Shown here in pieces: positions 37,601 to 50,888 of a stretch of DNA of 64,000 bases. The stretch is from positions 19,840,001 to 19,904,000 of the forward strand of contig CATNEN010000039.1 of assembly GCA_950097015.1 (NCBI GenBank). The letters are read 5' to 3'. A program made the translations under genes and the position numbers. The DNA is from Macrostomum hystrix. Lineage: Eukaryota; Animalia; Platyhelminthes. Within the stretch, counting starts at the first letter, position 1. The number at the start of each line of letters is the position of its first letter. The notes below the pieces were generated by a model. That model was not told the DNA's origin and made no database searches. It saw only the letters and a program-made list of their open reading frames with translations.

Positions 37601-40600
37601 CATTTTCACAGCGGCGGCGAATAACTCGGCAGCTTGTTGCGGCGCTCGTGCAGAGCGTCGCCAGTCGAATTCAGGTCAAGGCGCCGTTTTCGCCCGTCAG
37701 AGCGTTGATGGTGGACCAGGCCACTCGACCTTTAGCGTGAGGCCCGGCGGCAGATACGGCCTTAATAGTATCGCCTACGGCGGCTTGCTGCCGCTGCACA
37801 TAAAAAGTTACCAGGAACTCCTCTGCCTCGCGTCTAGGGGCCTAACCCTGGCCAAGTAAGGCATAAGCTAGAAAACTTGCTTTAACTGGATTGGCTCTTA
37901 AGTTAGGATATGCCTTATATGTAAATCAATATATCTTTATTATATTTGCATAAAATGTAATCAGTCTACAATTTCGAATATGCTAAACTTTAATCACTAC
38001 ACAAGCAATAACAACTAGCTATTTAGTGTCTTAGTGCGGACTTGCGGTTAGCGGCGGCGTTTTTGTTTGCAAGACTGAATGAGCGAGTGTGATTTAAACT
38101 TCTGCAAAGGAACGGTGTTTGTCAATTACGAACTTAACGATTGCCGTTACCAGCCTATTTACGAAAAGCAAAGATAATCGGTAGCAACTAAAAAGATACT
38201 TTGGGATTGAGATATAGATCAAATTGGAAGCAATAAGAAGTCATTTTACTTCAAGAGAAAAACGAAACAAACCTACATTTTCTAAATTTGTAAGTAATGC
38301 AACGCTCTTAATGTTTAACCCCCACGTCACAACTATATATCCGAGACACGATTACAAGTAAACTGTCAAAAAGCCCACAATTGAATCCCAAAAATATCAA
38401 ACTTGTAATATGAGTCTTTATTACCACATATGTTCGACTACAGCGTGCCGCTGTAAAAAATGCAAAACTTTAAACGTTACTTTTAAAGGACATGAAAATT
38501 TTTCTATTGCAACAAAAACTTGGACAAACTTCTAACGTGCAGTAATGCAACATTTAAAGTTATTCACTTTTGCTATAATTTTAATGCCCGTGAAAATTTT
38601 TGAGTTTAAAGTTTCCGGTAATTTTTTTGCAGGGAAATGCGTTAAGTGGTACAGTGGTACACTAGGGACAGTAGGCAAACGGAAATTTCGTTAAATGGAA
38701 TGGTTACGGATACACAAATTGGACGTCCCCTGGCCTAGCGCCCCCTAGGCGGCCACCATTCGGGCCTGGCTGAAAATGTGGGTGAAATTCGTGATAAATT
38801 CGCTTAAAATCGACCCAAAACTTTCCCAAAGTTGACCCGACTTTCAACTGGCACAAAGACAGCAAATTTCGGTGAAAATCATACCAATATTGGTAAAAAA
38901 TTGACCCGAACTTTAAAAACGCTGGAAATCGTATCGAAATCGTTCCAACGCGGGTCTAAAAACTTGAAAAATGTTGTACTTGGTTCCCACTGGAATATCA
39001 CTACAGTAAAACCAGTCCAAATATAATCTTGCATTTCTCATTTATAAAAAATCGTACATTCCTACTCTTATTAATTGATATCTTAAAAAGAAAAAATTCT
39101 AACCCTGTCGCTCTCTACAAGTGGACTGAAAACATTGCTGGCAGATCTTTCGCCGGCCAGTCGACTATGCCCAACAGGGCGATCGTCTGGGCCTCTGCGT
39201 CACCCAGCTGGATCCGCGCCTCCTGGAGCGCGGCCTAGTCTACTCGCCCGGCTCCGTGCCGACAATTCACGCCCTAGTGCTGCCTGTGTCACCTGTGCGA
39301 CACTTCAAACTGCCAATCAGATCCAAGGCTAAGCTGCATGTCAGCCTGGGACACGACACTGCCATGGCCAGCCTGCTGCTGTTCAGATCTCCGGAACCCG
39401 ATCGGCCCCTAGCTGAGCAGTTCTGCGAATACGTTGAAGAGGCCAGCATGCGAGAGTGCCCGCCTGGCCTCCACGCTCTGTTAGAGTTTGAGAGGCCGAT
39501 TCAGGTAACGACGCGCTATCTGTTTAGCATTAATAAATTGACCTACAACTTTGGATCCTTAATTATGACTTAACACTTTCAGTAACACCTTCATTTCCGA
39601 TTAATGATCACACCTTATCAGCTAAACAAGTGTTTCTTCTTACTTTAGAGCTTACTATCACTTGGACATGCACCATATTTTCTTAATTAATTATCACACC
39701 TGATCGTTTAAACTACGCGTGTTGCTAATTATGGCGCCTTATCAGTTTGACTCGATATTTTCGTAACTAATTATCACACCTTATCAGCTTGGGCAATGCC
39801 TATTACACGTATTAATCGGGTATCACACCTAATTTCGTGTGTTTGTAATTAAAACGTCTAATCATTTTGAATTTTATTGGGCAATTTTTCCCATAATTTA
39901 TTTAACCTTTCAACTTCGGCTTTTATGCCAGTTACCATTCCAAATCAGCCTTTTATTCCTAATTAGTAGTAACCCCAGGATCAAAGGTTTGAAAAGTTTT
40001 AGTACCACCAGTTTAAAACTCCTAAAGCGCCCCTACAATGACTTATCTCGTAGGCCCCTCCAAGCGCAATCGTGATCGTCTCCAAGCTTGACGTCGATAT
40101 CAACCAGAATGTGTGCCGGATCGCCATGCACGGCCGTCCGCTTGAGGTCTTTCAGTCTGCCGACTACAAAACCACCCAGCTGCCCAGACTGCTCAAAGTC
40201 TACCGTCCGAAATGTCGGCGCGGTCGACTGGATCGAGTTAAAGATGCGTACACAGTCATCGTCACAGGCCTATTTCGAAAAGAGACAAATCTGGATGCTT
40301 TTATCGGATTGCAGGTGAGAAGTCTTTTAGATGCTTCCGATAAAGTTTCTAGGATGCGATTTTGAAGTTTCGGGGTCGAAGCTCCTAGATTCATGTGTGA
40401 GATTTCAAAGCTTCGAGTCAATATTCTAGGGGGAGGTTTCAAAGCTTCGAGTCAATATTCTAGGGGGAGATTTCAAAGCTTCGAGTCAATATTCTAGGGG
40501 GAGATTTCAAAGCTTCGAGTCAGTATTCTAGGGGGAGATTTCAAAGCTTCGAGTCAATATTCTAGGGGGAGATTTCAAAGCTTCGAGTCAATATTCTAGG

Positions 40601-41062
40601 GGGAGATTTCAAAGCTTCGAGTCAATATTCTAGGGGGAGATTTCTAAGCTTCGAGTCAATATTCTAGGGGGGAGATTTCTAAGCTTCGAGTCAATATTCT
40701 AGGGGGAGATTTCTAAGCTTCGAGTCAATATTCTAGGGGGAGATTTCAAAGCTTCGAGTCAATATTCTAGGCCCTAGGGGGAGAAAGAAGGAGCAACTTT
40801 CTCACTCTGTCTAATTACCCGCCACTAACGGCATGTGCAGGTGTCGCTATCCTCAGGCCAGCTGGGCCGCATTGAAGGCTCCTTCGGTCAGAGCGGCAAG
40901 TGCACGGTGCGCATGATGCAGCCGTTGCCGGACGAGTTCTGCCAACGCTACGGAGGCGGCAAGCGAAGTAAAGGCGCCGCCGGGCCAACGGAACCAGTTG
41001 AAATCACTCTGAACTTTAAGCGCCTATTGTTTGATCCGTTGAGAAAGATGACTCAAACTTGA
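34620..41062 (+). CDS. EEFSEC: Selenocysteine-specific elongation factor (eEFSec/SelB), 5 exons
   Basis: Exons 34620-35066, 35631-36005, 39145-39504, 40054-40314, 40841-41062. NVNIGVLGHVDSGKTSL, FDKNPQSQERGITLDLGFS, LVDCPGHASLI, NKID, DHCFGIRGQGTV, QGDRLGLCVTQ, SKLD..CRIA.HG, GLFRKET, G.IEGSFGQSGK. Confidence 0.95.
35125..35570. repeat. ~33-bp degenerate minisatellite, EEFSEC intron 1
   Basis: Unit CCCCAATTCTCCCCCATTCTGCTCCCCATATTT. Confidence 0.85.
36900..37640 (-). mobile_element. Decayed non-LTR reverse transcriptase fragment (RTE-like) in EEFSEC intron 2
   Basis: Minus-strand translation: AAKLFN..L.RL.P.LDP.LRSEQNGFR..RGT..QIL, IIEEAR..IFIDFRKAFDSV, GVL*GDTLTPFL, with stops and frameshifts. 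Confidence 0.8.
40398..40772. repeat. 34-bp minisatellite, EEFSEC intron 4
   Basis: Unit AAAGCTTCGAGTCAATATTCTAGGGGGAGATTTC. Confidence 0.95.
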
Positions 41063-41149
41063 CAGACTTGACGGATTTAAACATTTGCAAAATATAATAC
41101 TGTCAATCGCAGTTTAAGTAGTAAAATTGTCGGGCTGTCAATCTTCACA

Positions 41150-41815
41150 AATCCCTCAGGTTGAGCAGTCCATTCTCCGAAATCCTCATATTGAGCTGCC
41201 GTTTCTTCCCAATCCTCAGATTAAGCTGTCAATCATCCCAGATCCTCAGGTTAAGCAGTCAATTCTCCTAATCCTCAGGTTGAGCATCCGATTCTCCCCT
41301 ATCCTCAGGTTGAGCAGCCGATTCTCCCCTATCCTCAGGTTGAGCAACCGATTCTCCCCTATCCTCAGCTTGAGCAGCCGATTCTCCCCTATCCTCAGGT
41401 TGAGCAGCCTATTCTCCCCTATCCTCAGGTTGAGCAGCCTATTCTCCCCTATCCTCAGGTTGAGCAGCCTATTCTCCCCTATCCTCAGCTTGAGCAGCCT
41501 ATTCTCCCCTATCCTCAGCTTGAGCAGCCGATTCTCCCCTATCCTCAGCTTGAGCAGCCGATTCTCCCCTATCCTCAGCTTGAGCAGCCTATTCTCCCCT
41601 ATCCTCAGCTTGAGCAGCCGATTCTCCCCTATCCTCAGCTTGAGCAGCCTATTCTCCCCTATCCTCAGCTTGAGCAGCCTATTCTCCCCTATCCTCAGCT
41701 TGAGCAGCCTATTCTCCCTATCCTCAGGTTGAGCAGCCGATTCTCCCCTATCCTCAGCTTGAGCAGCCGATTCTCCCCTATCCTCAGGTTGAGCAGCCGA
41801 TTCTCCCCTATCCCC
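41150..41815. repeat. 30-bp minisatellite downstream of EEFSEC
   Basis: Unit TGAGCAGCCTATTCTCCCCTATCCTCAGCT. Confidence 0.95.
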
Positions 41816-42309
41816 AGTTGTAGCTGACAATATCCCTAGATAATCATTATCAGAACTCAATCGTTCCTTTGTTTTCGTTTTGCGTTCTGAATTTGCGTTC
41901 GTTTTGCGCACTTTAAGGTAGCATTTCGATTGTCCTTCCTACTCACTAAGTAGTTAAGATAGCGCGTTTCTAAAATATTTTCATAATTATGCCCGATAAC
42001 AAAATGTTTTTGCTTTCTGTCACAGTATGCACTCTTAATTTTAGTAAATAGAAAAATTTTTGAATGCTTAAACTAATTACCTTTACCGGTTATTTTACTG
42101 GAATAATATTCAAGTTACGCGCACTGAATAACTTTTTTCCCTTTTTAACAACTTTATAAGCCACTAACGAAACTATAAAGTTGATCGCTAGGATTATATA
42201 ATGTGATTATATTGATCAAAATGCACAAAAAAGCCTTTACATTATATTTTTTAATCGCTGGTGTAGGCATGGAAACTCATGGAAACATAAGATTGGCTAG
42301 TCGGTTGAC

Positions 42310-42860
42310 CAATAGAAACGAAGGATTAGCTAGGCGATATCTATTGGCTGGAAACAAAGGATAGGCTAGGCAATATCTATTGGCTGGAAACGAAGGATAG
42401 GCTAGGCAATATCTATTGGCTGGAAACGAAGGATAGGCTAGGCAATATCTATTGGCTGGAAACGAAGGATAAGCTAGGCGATATCTATTAGCTGACCAAT
42501 GGAAACGAAGGATAAGCTAGGCGATATCTATTGGCTGGAAACGAAGGATAAGCTAGGCGATATCTATTAGCTGACCAATGGAAACGAAGGATAAGCTAGG
42601 CGATATCTATTAGCTGACCAATGGAAACGAAGGATAAGCTAGGCGATATCTATTGGCTGAAAACGAAGGATAGGCTAGGCGATATCTATTGGCTGAAAAC
42701 GAAGGATAGGCTAGGCGATATCTATTAGCTGACCAATGGAAACGAAGGATAAGCTAGGCGATATCTATTAGCTGAACAATGGAAACGAAGGATATAAGCG
42801 AGGCAATTTCCATTTTCTGACCAATTGAAATGAAGGACAAGCTAGGCGATTTCTATTGGT
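42310..42860. repeat. 34-41-bp minisatellite upstream of the XPF acceptor
   Basis: Unit GGAAACGAAGGATAAGCTAGGCGATATCTATTRGCT(GACCAAT). Confidence 0.9.
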
Positions 42861-42889
42861 CTATCGAAGCACACGAAGTATAAGCCAGC

Positions 42890-42907
42890 CAAATTCTTAA
42901 ATTGCAG
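42890..42907 (+). promoter_or_regulatory. Candidate trans-splice acceptor of XPF (TTCTTAAATTGCAG)
   Basis: AG at 42906-7 is directly followed in phase 0 by TCT ACA GAC GGC TTA CTG GAG TAC GAA. An in-frame TAA lies just upstream. Confidence 0.65.
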
Positions 42908-45900
42908 TCTACAGACGGCTTACTGGAGTACGAAAGCGCGCTGTTCCTGGATCTGTTCCACCAGGACGGCCTGGCAGTTCTCGGCGCGGGACTCTGTCCG
43001 CACCGTCTGGCTGCTCAGCTAATCCGGCTCTACTCTGACCCTGCTCACCTGGTCCTGGTTGTCAACGCCAGACCTGACGAGGCCGAATTCTACGCTGATT
43101 ATATTCAGGGCGCCTGCGAAGCAGCCGGCCAGCCGCCGGTGTCGCCACCTCCTCGCGCGCTGACCTCGGAGCAGCCGCAGTCGGAGAGGCGTCGCCTATA
43201 CAACGATGGCGGCGTGTTCTTCGCCTCGTCCGCTCAGATTCTTGTTGTAGACTTCCTGAGATCGATTGTGCCAGCCGAAGCTGTGACTGGGCTCATTGTG
43301 CTTCACGCTGACGAAGTGTTGGACCTCTGCCAGGTCGGCTATAGATCTCCTATGACCCAGCTAAAAATTCCCTATGACCTAGCTATAGATCCCCTATGAC
43401 CCAGCTATAAATCCCCTTTGACCCAGCTATAAATCCCCTATGACCCAGCTATAAATCCCCTATGACCTAGCTATAGATCCCCAATGACCCAGCTATAGAT
43501 CCCCTATCACCCAGCTATAAAACCCCCATGACCTAGCTATAGATCCCCAATGACCCAGCTATAGATCCCCTATGACCCAGCTATAGATCCCTATGACCTA
43601 GCTATAGATCCCCTATGACCCAGCTATAGATCCCCTATGACCCAGCTATAAATCCCCTATGACCCAGCTATAAATCCCCTATGACCCAGCTATAAATCCC
43701 TATGACCTAGCCATAGATCCCCAATGACCCAGCTATAGATCCCCTATCACCCAGCTAAGATCCCCTATGACCTAGCTTTAGATCCCCTATGACCCAGCTA
43801 TAGATCCCCTATCACCCAGCTATAGATCCCCAATGACCCAGCTATAGATCCCCTATCACCCAGCTATAGATCCCCTATCACCCAGCTATAGATCCCCTAT
43901 GACCTAGCTTTAGATCCCCTATGACCCATATGATTCTGATCCCTCACAAATCCAGGAGGCGTTCGTGCTTCGCCTGTACCGCGAGGCGAACCCCACTGGC
44001 TTCATCAAAGCCATCACGGACAGGGCGCAGGGGCTGACGCGCGGCGGCTTCGGCATCGAGCGAATTCTACGCACCCTGTTTGTGCCCGGCTTGTTCCTGC
44101 TGCCAAGATTTCACGAGAGCGTGGCTGCCTGTATGGACGCCTGCCCGCCTCAGGTGTGATCTAGGGATGGGGAAGAAAATATGGGATTTGGTGGGGGATA
44201 TTGATTGGGATTGAGTGGGGAAAAGAGAAGATAGGATTAAGTGGGGAATAAAGAATTAGATTGGATCGAAAAAACAATATGAGGTTTGATAGGATGGATG
44301 AGGAATACTATATGAGATTGGTTGGGGAAGACAGGATGGGTTGGGATCGGAAAGTCAGGATGGGATGGGATCGGAAAGTCATGATGGGATGGGATCGGGA
44401 AGACAGGATGGAATGGGATCGGAAAGTCAGGATGGGATCTGGTAGACAGGATGGGATAGGATCGGAAAGTCAGGATGGCATGGGATCGGAAAGTCAGGAT
44501 GGGATGGGATCGGAAAGTCAGGATGGGATGGGATCGGAAAGTCAGGATGGGATGGGATTGGCGAGACAAAATTGGATGGGATCGGAAAGTCAGGATGGGA
44601 TGGAATTGGCGAGACAAAATGGAATGGGATCGGAAAGTCAGGATGGGATGGGATCGGAAAGTCAGGATGGCATGGGATCGGAAAGTCAGGATGGGATGGG
44701 ATCGGAAAGTCAGGATGGGATGGGATCGGAAAGTCAGGATGGGATGGGATCGGAAAGTCATGATGGGATGGGATCGGGAAGACAGAATGGAATGGGATCG
44801 GAAAGTCAGGATGGGATCTGGTAGACAGGATGGGATAGGATCGGAAAGTCAGGATGGGATGGGATCGGAAAGTCAGGATGGGATGGGATTGGCGAGACAA
44901 AATTGGATGGGATCGGAAAGTCAGGATGGGATGGAATTGGCGAGACAAAATGGAATGGGATCGGAAAGTCAGGATGGGATGGGATCGGAAAGTCAGGATG
45001 GCATGGGATCGGAAAGTCAGGATGGGATGGGATCGGAAAGTCAGGATGGGATGGGATCGGAAAGTCAGGATGGGATGGGATCGGAAAGTCAGGATTGGAT
45101 GGGATTGGCGAGACAAAATTGGATGGGATCGGAAAGTCAGGATGGGATGGAATTGGCGAGACAAAATGGAATGGGATCGGAAAGTCAGGATGGCATGGGA
45201 TCGGCGAGACAGAATGGGATGGGATCGGAAAGACACAATGAAATGGGATCGGGTAGACAGGATGTGATTACCGTACTGTATGGGTATGAGAGGATAGGAT
45301 AGAGAACAGAAAGGGTAATAGAAGGGGGAAGTAATATAACAAGTTTTTATCCCTACGCCCTCAAACTCAGGTAGAGGAGGTTCGCGTTCGTCTAACTGAA
45401 CCGATGCTTCGCTGCCAGTCGGCCCTGGTGGACCTGCTGAAGGCCTGCATGCAGGAGCTGTCCCGTTCAGCGCCGGTTCTAGACGCCAACGAGCTGACGG
45501 TGGAGAACGCGCTGACTCGCGGCTTCGACCAGCTGCTTCGAGCCTACACTGACCCAGTCTGGCACCGGATGAGCTACCGCAGTCGGCAGCTGGTGGCCGA
45601 CATCCGCACCCTGCGCCGCTTCCTGCTGGCTCTGACTCAGGTTGACTCAGGGATCTGACTCAGGTTGACTCCGGGATCTGACTCATTTTGCTTCAGGGAT
45701 CTGACTCAGGTTGCTTCAGGGATCTGACTCAGGTTGATTCAGGGATCTGACTCATTTTGCTTCAGGGATCTGGCTCAAGTTGCTTCAGGGATCTGGCTCA
45801 AGTTGCTTCAGGGATCTGACTCAAGTTGCTTCAGGGATCTGACTCAAGTTGACTCAGGGATCTGACTCAGGTTAACTCAGGGATCTGACTCAGTTTGACT

Positions 45901-48900
45901 CAGGTTGACTCAGGGATCTGACTCAGGTTGCTTCAGGGATCTGACTCAGGTTAACTCAGGGATCTGACTCGGGTTGACTCCGGGATCTGACTCATTTGTT
46001 TCAGGGATCTGACTCATTTGTTTCAGGGATCTGTCTCAGGTTGACTCCGGGATCTGACTCGGGTTGCTTCAGGGCTCTGACTCATTTTGCTTCAGAGCTC
46101 TGACTCATTTTGCTTCAGGGATCTGACTCATTTGCTTCAGGGATCTGACTCATTTGCTTCAGGGATCTGACTCGGGTTAACTCAGGGCTCAGAGTGTCAT
46201 GATTCTTTCATTTTGAAAAGCGTTCTCAATTGCATCGCAGGAGGACCCAGCCGCATTTCACCGTCGCGTCGCCTCGGTCATCAGCAGCGAGAAAGCATTC
46301 GGCGCCAACTCCGGCTGGCTTTTTCTGGCCGAAGCTGACCGACTCCTGTCAGCCAGCAAGGCCAGACTTGGCGGCTCAGCCACTGGTCCAGCTTCCGGAT
46401 ACGAGATTCCGCCTAAGTGGCTGTCCTGTCGAGCTATTCTGAAGGAAATTGAGCAGCAGCAAGATGAACTGCCTTCAAGGTGTGAGACTTGCTTTAAGGC
46501 ACTGTTAGTTTGATTTCTTAGAGTTCTTTGAAGTTTATTTAGTCTATAGGATTGACCCCCTCTCTCTAGTGTTGACCCCCTCTCAGTGTTGGGTTGGCCC
46601 CCTCTCAGTGTAGGATTGACCCCCTCTCTCTAGGATTGACCCCCTCTCAGTGTAGGGTTGACCCCCTCTCAGTGTAGGGTTGACCCCCTCTCAGTGTAGG
46701 ATTGACTCCCTCTCAGTGTAGGATTGACCCCCTCTCAGTGTAGGATTGACCCCCTCTCTCTAGGATTGACCCCCTCTCAGTGTAGGGTTGACCCCCTCTC
46801 AGTGTAGGATTGACCCCCTCTCTCTAGAATTGACCCCCCCTCTCTCTAGAATTGACCCCTGTCTCTCTAGAATTGACCCCGTCTTCTGTAAAATTGACCG
46901 CAACGCTGTTCGGTTGACTCCATCTAATTTATTTCCTAATCAATTTTCTTAGGAAAATTTATTTATTTATTATTGACTTGCAATTGTAGCGGCTCAAATT
47001 CTGAGCAGCCGAACAGGCGTCAGCTCCGCACTCTGGTCCTGGTTCACGACGCAGCCACTCAGCGTCAATTATTTGCCTACCTAACTGTAGGCGCCGAGGC
47101 AGCGTTTGCCGCCGACAAGCAAAACAATTCCGATAATTCCGATTCGGAATCTGATGTCGGCGTTAAAACTGCCGCCGCCAACAACAACAACAACAAAAAG
47201 AAGAAGATTGCAAACAGGCAACGGAAACAAAATAAAAAGCCGACCGCACTAACACTCACCCAGATGCTGCGACCGCAGCAGGCGGAAGACCCCAAAGCTG
47301 AAACCGACGATGACGCTGATGAAGCAATTGACGAATCTAAAATCGACGAAATTGATTTAAAAAGACGATTCCCAAGTATTCGCTTATTCGAAGTCAATAA
47401 TAATACGAGCGATACTGTTTGTCGGCATGCAATATTTGCGATTAAAAACTATTTCGCTGGCGTCGGTCAAACCCGACGTCAGGCGTCGTCGATCGGACAT
47501 CAGCAGGCTTTGCCGCAGCTGCTAGACTGTTGGCAGCCGCATTGTGTACTGCTGTACGATGCAGATTCGACCAGCGTACGCCAGCTGGAGGTGTACAGTC
47601 TATGTCGAAGGCGTGTTAATAATCAACAGCCGAGTCCGCTGCTCATCTATTTCTTTGTCTACGAGAGTAGCGTAGAGGAGCAGCGCTACCTGACCCAGCT
47701 GCGCAAGGAGAAAGACGCTTTCGAATTTCTTATACGCGAACGCAGCGTCGCCGTGGTTACCAGCGAACCGGTTGTCAAGGGCGATTTAGCGCCGGCTGAA
47801 GAGCTAGAACCTGACATTGGTGGCATTGGAACTGTACCTGCCAGCCAAACTGCCGAGCAGCATCAGGTGTGATTGGATGAAGACTGGGATAAAACTCAGG
47901 GAAGAATATGATAGAACTCAGTTGGATAGAATATGATAGAACTCAGTTGAATAGAGTAGGATAGAACTCAGTTGAATAGAGTAGGATAGAACTCAGTTGG
48001 ATAGAATATGATAGAACTCAGTTGAATAGAGTAGGATAGAACTCAGTTGGATAGAATATGATAGAACTCAGTAGTATAGAACAGGATAGAACTCAGTAGG
48101 ATAGAACAGGATAAAATGCGGTTTCAGTTCGGAATCATATCTCCATCGTTGTCATCATTGTCGATCTTCTCGCCCCGTCGCCGTTCAGGTGATCGTAGAC
48201 GTTCGCGAGTTTCGCAGCGAGCTGCCATGCCTACTGCACAGGCGAGGCATCACCATCTTGCCTGTGACCATCGATATTGGCGACTACGTTCTCACTCCTG
48301 AGATCTGCGTTGAGCGAAAGTCTGTCAGCGATTTGATTGGCTCGTTAAACAGCGGACGGCTCTATAATCAGGTTAGGAAAATTTGATTCGTAACTGCTAA
48401 TGATCCTATACCAACTACCATCTTTGATCATCAATATACCCCCCTATAGTCTATGATCCTTTTCATTCGTCTTTCGACACTTCACATGATCAATGACTCT
48501 ATTTTATCATAATGACCCTCTTCTCTGATCAATGACCCTCTTCTACAATCAATGACCCTCTCTATGATCAATGACCCTCTTCTATGATCAATGACCCTCT
48601 TCTATGATCAATGACCCTCTTTTACAATCACTGACCCTTTTCTACAATCAATGATCCTCTTCTACAATCAATGACCCTCTTCTATGATCAATGACCCTCT
48701 TCTATGATCAATGACCCTCTTCTATGATCAATGACGCTCTCTATGATCAATAACCCTCTTCTACAATCAATGACCCTCTTCTATGATCAATGACCCTCTC
48801 TATGATCAATAACCCTCTTCTACAATCAATGACCCTCTTCTATGATCAATGACCCTCTCTATGATCAATGACCCTCTTCTATGATCAATGACCCCCTTCT

Positions 48901-49747
48901 ATGATCAATGACCCTCTTCTATGATCGATGACCATCTTCCATCATAAATGCCTTTTTTCTGCAATTGATGAGCATCTTCCATGATGAATGACCCTCTTTC
49001 GTGACCAGTCAATGACCCTCATGATCAATGACCCGCTCTCGTCATCGCTGAAGTCATTCGTGGCTCTCGCACCCTGCTTGCCAGGTCGTGAACATGACCC
49101 AGCACTATCGCACGCCGGCACTTCTCATTGAATTCGACGCAGAGCGCAGCGGTTTCGCGCTCTTTCACGGCCGCGCCGCCATGAGCTCCGAGCTGAACTC
49201 GTCCGACGTGATTTCCCGCCTCAGCCTGCTGACTCTGCACTTTCCACAGCTGCGCATTCTGTGGAGCCCGGCGCCTCACGCAACCGCCGAACTGTTCCAC
49301 GACCTCAAACGCGGCCGACCCCAGCCGCAGCTCCAACTGCTGCCGTCTGTCACCGCCGTCGTAGCTAACGACGCTGACACGGGCGTCGCTTTAGAAACAT
49401 TCGACGAACAGACTTCGTTGTCGTCGTCGGCGACCTCGTCGGCCGCAATGCGCCATGTGGCTCGCTCGATGCTGCTGAGAATGCCTGGCGTCGGGCATCG
49501 CAATGTCCGCTCGCTTGTCAAGGCGGCCGGTGGCAGCTTCGCCGGACTCTGCCAACTCGGCGTTGGCGAACTGCGCGAAGCTCTCGGCCAACGCGAGGCC
49601 GCTGAACGGCTACACGAGTTTCTTCACACTGACGGGCGCCGGGTCCAGCAACAGCAGCAGCAGCAGCCTAGCAGGGTAGGCACCGCATCGCGCAGACCCA
49701 ACATTCAACTGGCTACCAAACTGCCCACTGGATACAAGAAGAAGTGA
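42908..49747 (+). CDS. ERCC4: DNA repair endonuclease XPF, 7 exons; no genomic start codon in exon 1
   Basis: Exons 42908-43333, 43956-44153, 45371-45640, 46241-46479, 46990-47866, 48189-48371, 49085-49747. Motifs [67 protein letters not shown], nuclease [37 protein letters not shown], and HhH (MPGVG). Confidence 0.95.
43338..43930. repeat. 22-bp minisatellite, XPF intron 1
   Basis: Unit GACCCAGCTATAGATCCCCTAT. Confidence 0.93.
44325..45260. repeat. 24-bp minisatellite, XPF intron 2
   Basis: Unit GGGATCGGAAAGTCAGGATGGGAT. Confidence 0.95.
45631..46190. repeat. 23-bp minisatellite, XPF intron 3, starting inside exon 3
   Basis: Unit CTGACTCAGGTTGACTCAGGGAT. Confidence 0.93.
46548..46900. repeat. 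~22-bp minisatellite, XPF intron 4
   Basis: Unit GATTGACCCCCTCTCAGTGTAG. Confidence 0.9.
47900..48115. repeat. ~25-bp minisatellite, XPF intron 5
   Basis: Unit GATAGAACTCAGTTGAATAGAGTAG. Confidence 0.9.
48490..49035. repeat. 20-bp minisatellite, XPF intron 6
   Basis: Unit TCAATGACCCTCTTCTATGA. Confidence 0.92.
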
Positions 49748-50089
49748 CGAAACAAATCTCTGACCCTGGTGCGTGAAGCAGCGCCACAAAATTCCCAATT
49801 TGCTGCTAATTAATTCACTGAAACTTATTGTTTTCAACGCAAATGTCTGCATTTTACTACTGAATATTTTGTAATTAGTAGTGTATCGTTTTTGTAATAA
49901 TAGTTATGGATTATTGTAACAATAACTGTCGACTTTAAATTCTGACTTGTCTTAATAAAAGAAATTTTCAATTAGCTCGTTTATTTTTCATTCACGCTAT
50001 GCTGAAAAAATGAAACACCGTTTTTTATCACGGTTCATTGTTGATATTTGGGTTTCAAGATCACACAAAACGGCAGTGAAGTCAGTGAG

Positions 50090-50888
50090 TTTAAAGTAGA
50101 CTATTGGTCAGTGAGTGTACATAGACTATTGGTCAGTGAGTGTACATAGACTACTGGTCACTGAGTGTACATAGACTACTGGTCAGTGAGTGTACATAGA
50201 CTATTGGTCACTGAGTGTACATAGACTATTGGTCAGTGAGTGTACATAGACTATTGGTCAGTGAGTGTACATAGACTACTGGTCACTGAGTGTACATAGA
50301 CTATTGGTCAGTGAGTGTACATAGACTACTGGTCACTGAGTGTACATAGACTATTGGTCAGTGAGTGTACATAGACTATTGGTCACTGAGTGTACATAGA
50401 CTATTGGTCAGTGAGTGTACATAGACTACTGGTCACTGAGTGTACATAGACTATTGGTCAGTGAGTGTACATAGACTATTGGTCACTGAGTGTACATAGA
50501 CTATTGGTCAGTGAGTGTACATAGACTACTGGTCACTGAGTGTACATAGACTATTGGTCAGTGAGTGTACATAGACTATTGGTCAGTGAGTGTACATAGA
50601 CTATTGGTCAGTGAGTGTACATAGACTACTGGTCACTGAGTGTACATAGACTATTGGTCAGTGAGTGTACATAGACTATTGGTCACTGAGTGTACATAGA
50701 CTATTGGTCAGTGAGTGTACATAGACTACTGGTCACTGAGTGTACATAGACTACTGGTCACTGAGTGTACATAGACTTTATTGGTCACTGAGTGTACATA
50801 GACTATTGGTCAGTGAGTGTACATAGACTACTGGTCACTGAGTGTACATAGACTTTATTGGTCAGTGAGTGTACATAGACTATTGGTC
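50090..50888. repeat. 25-bp minisatellite between XPF and NAGS
   Basis: Unit CTATTGGTCAGTGAGTGTACATAGA. Confidence 0.95.

Noticed and set aside
37740-38767. Possible hAT-type non-autonomous element with AGGCCCG/CGGGCCT ends
   Set aside because: Only a 7-bp inverted match and no matching 8-bp target-site duplication.
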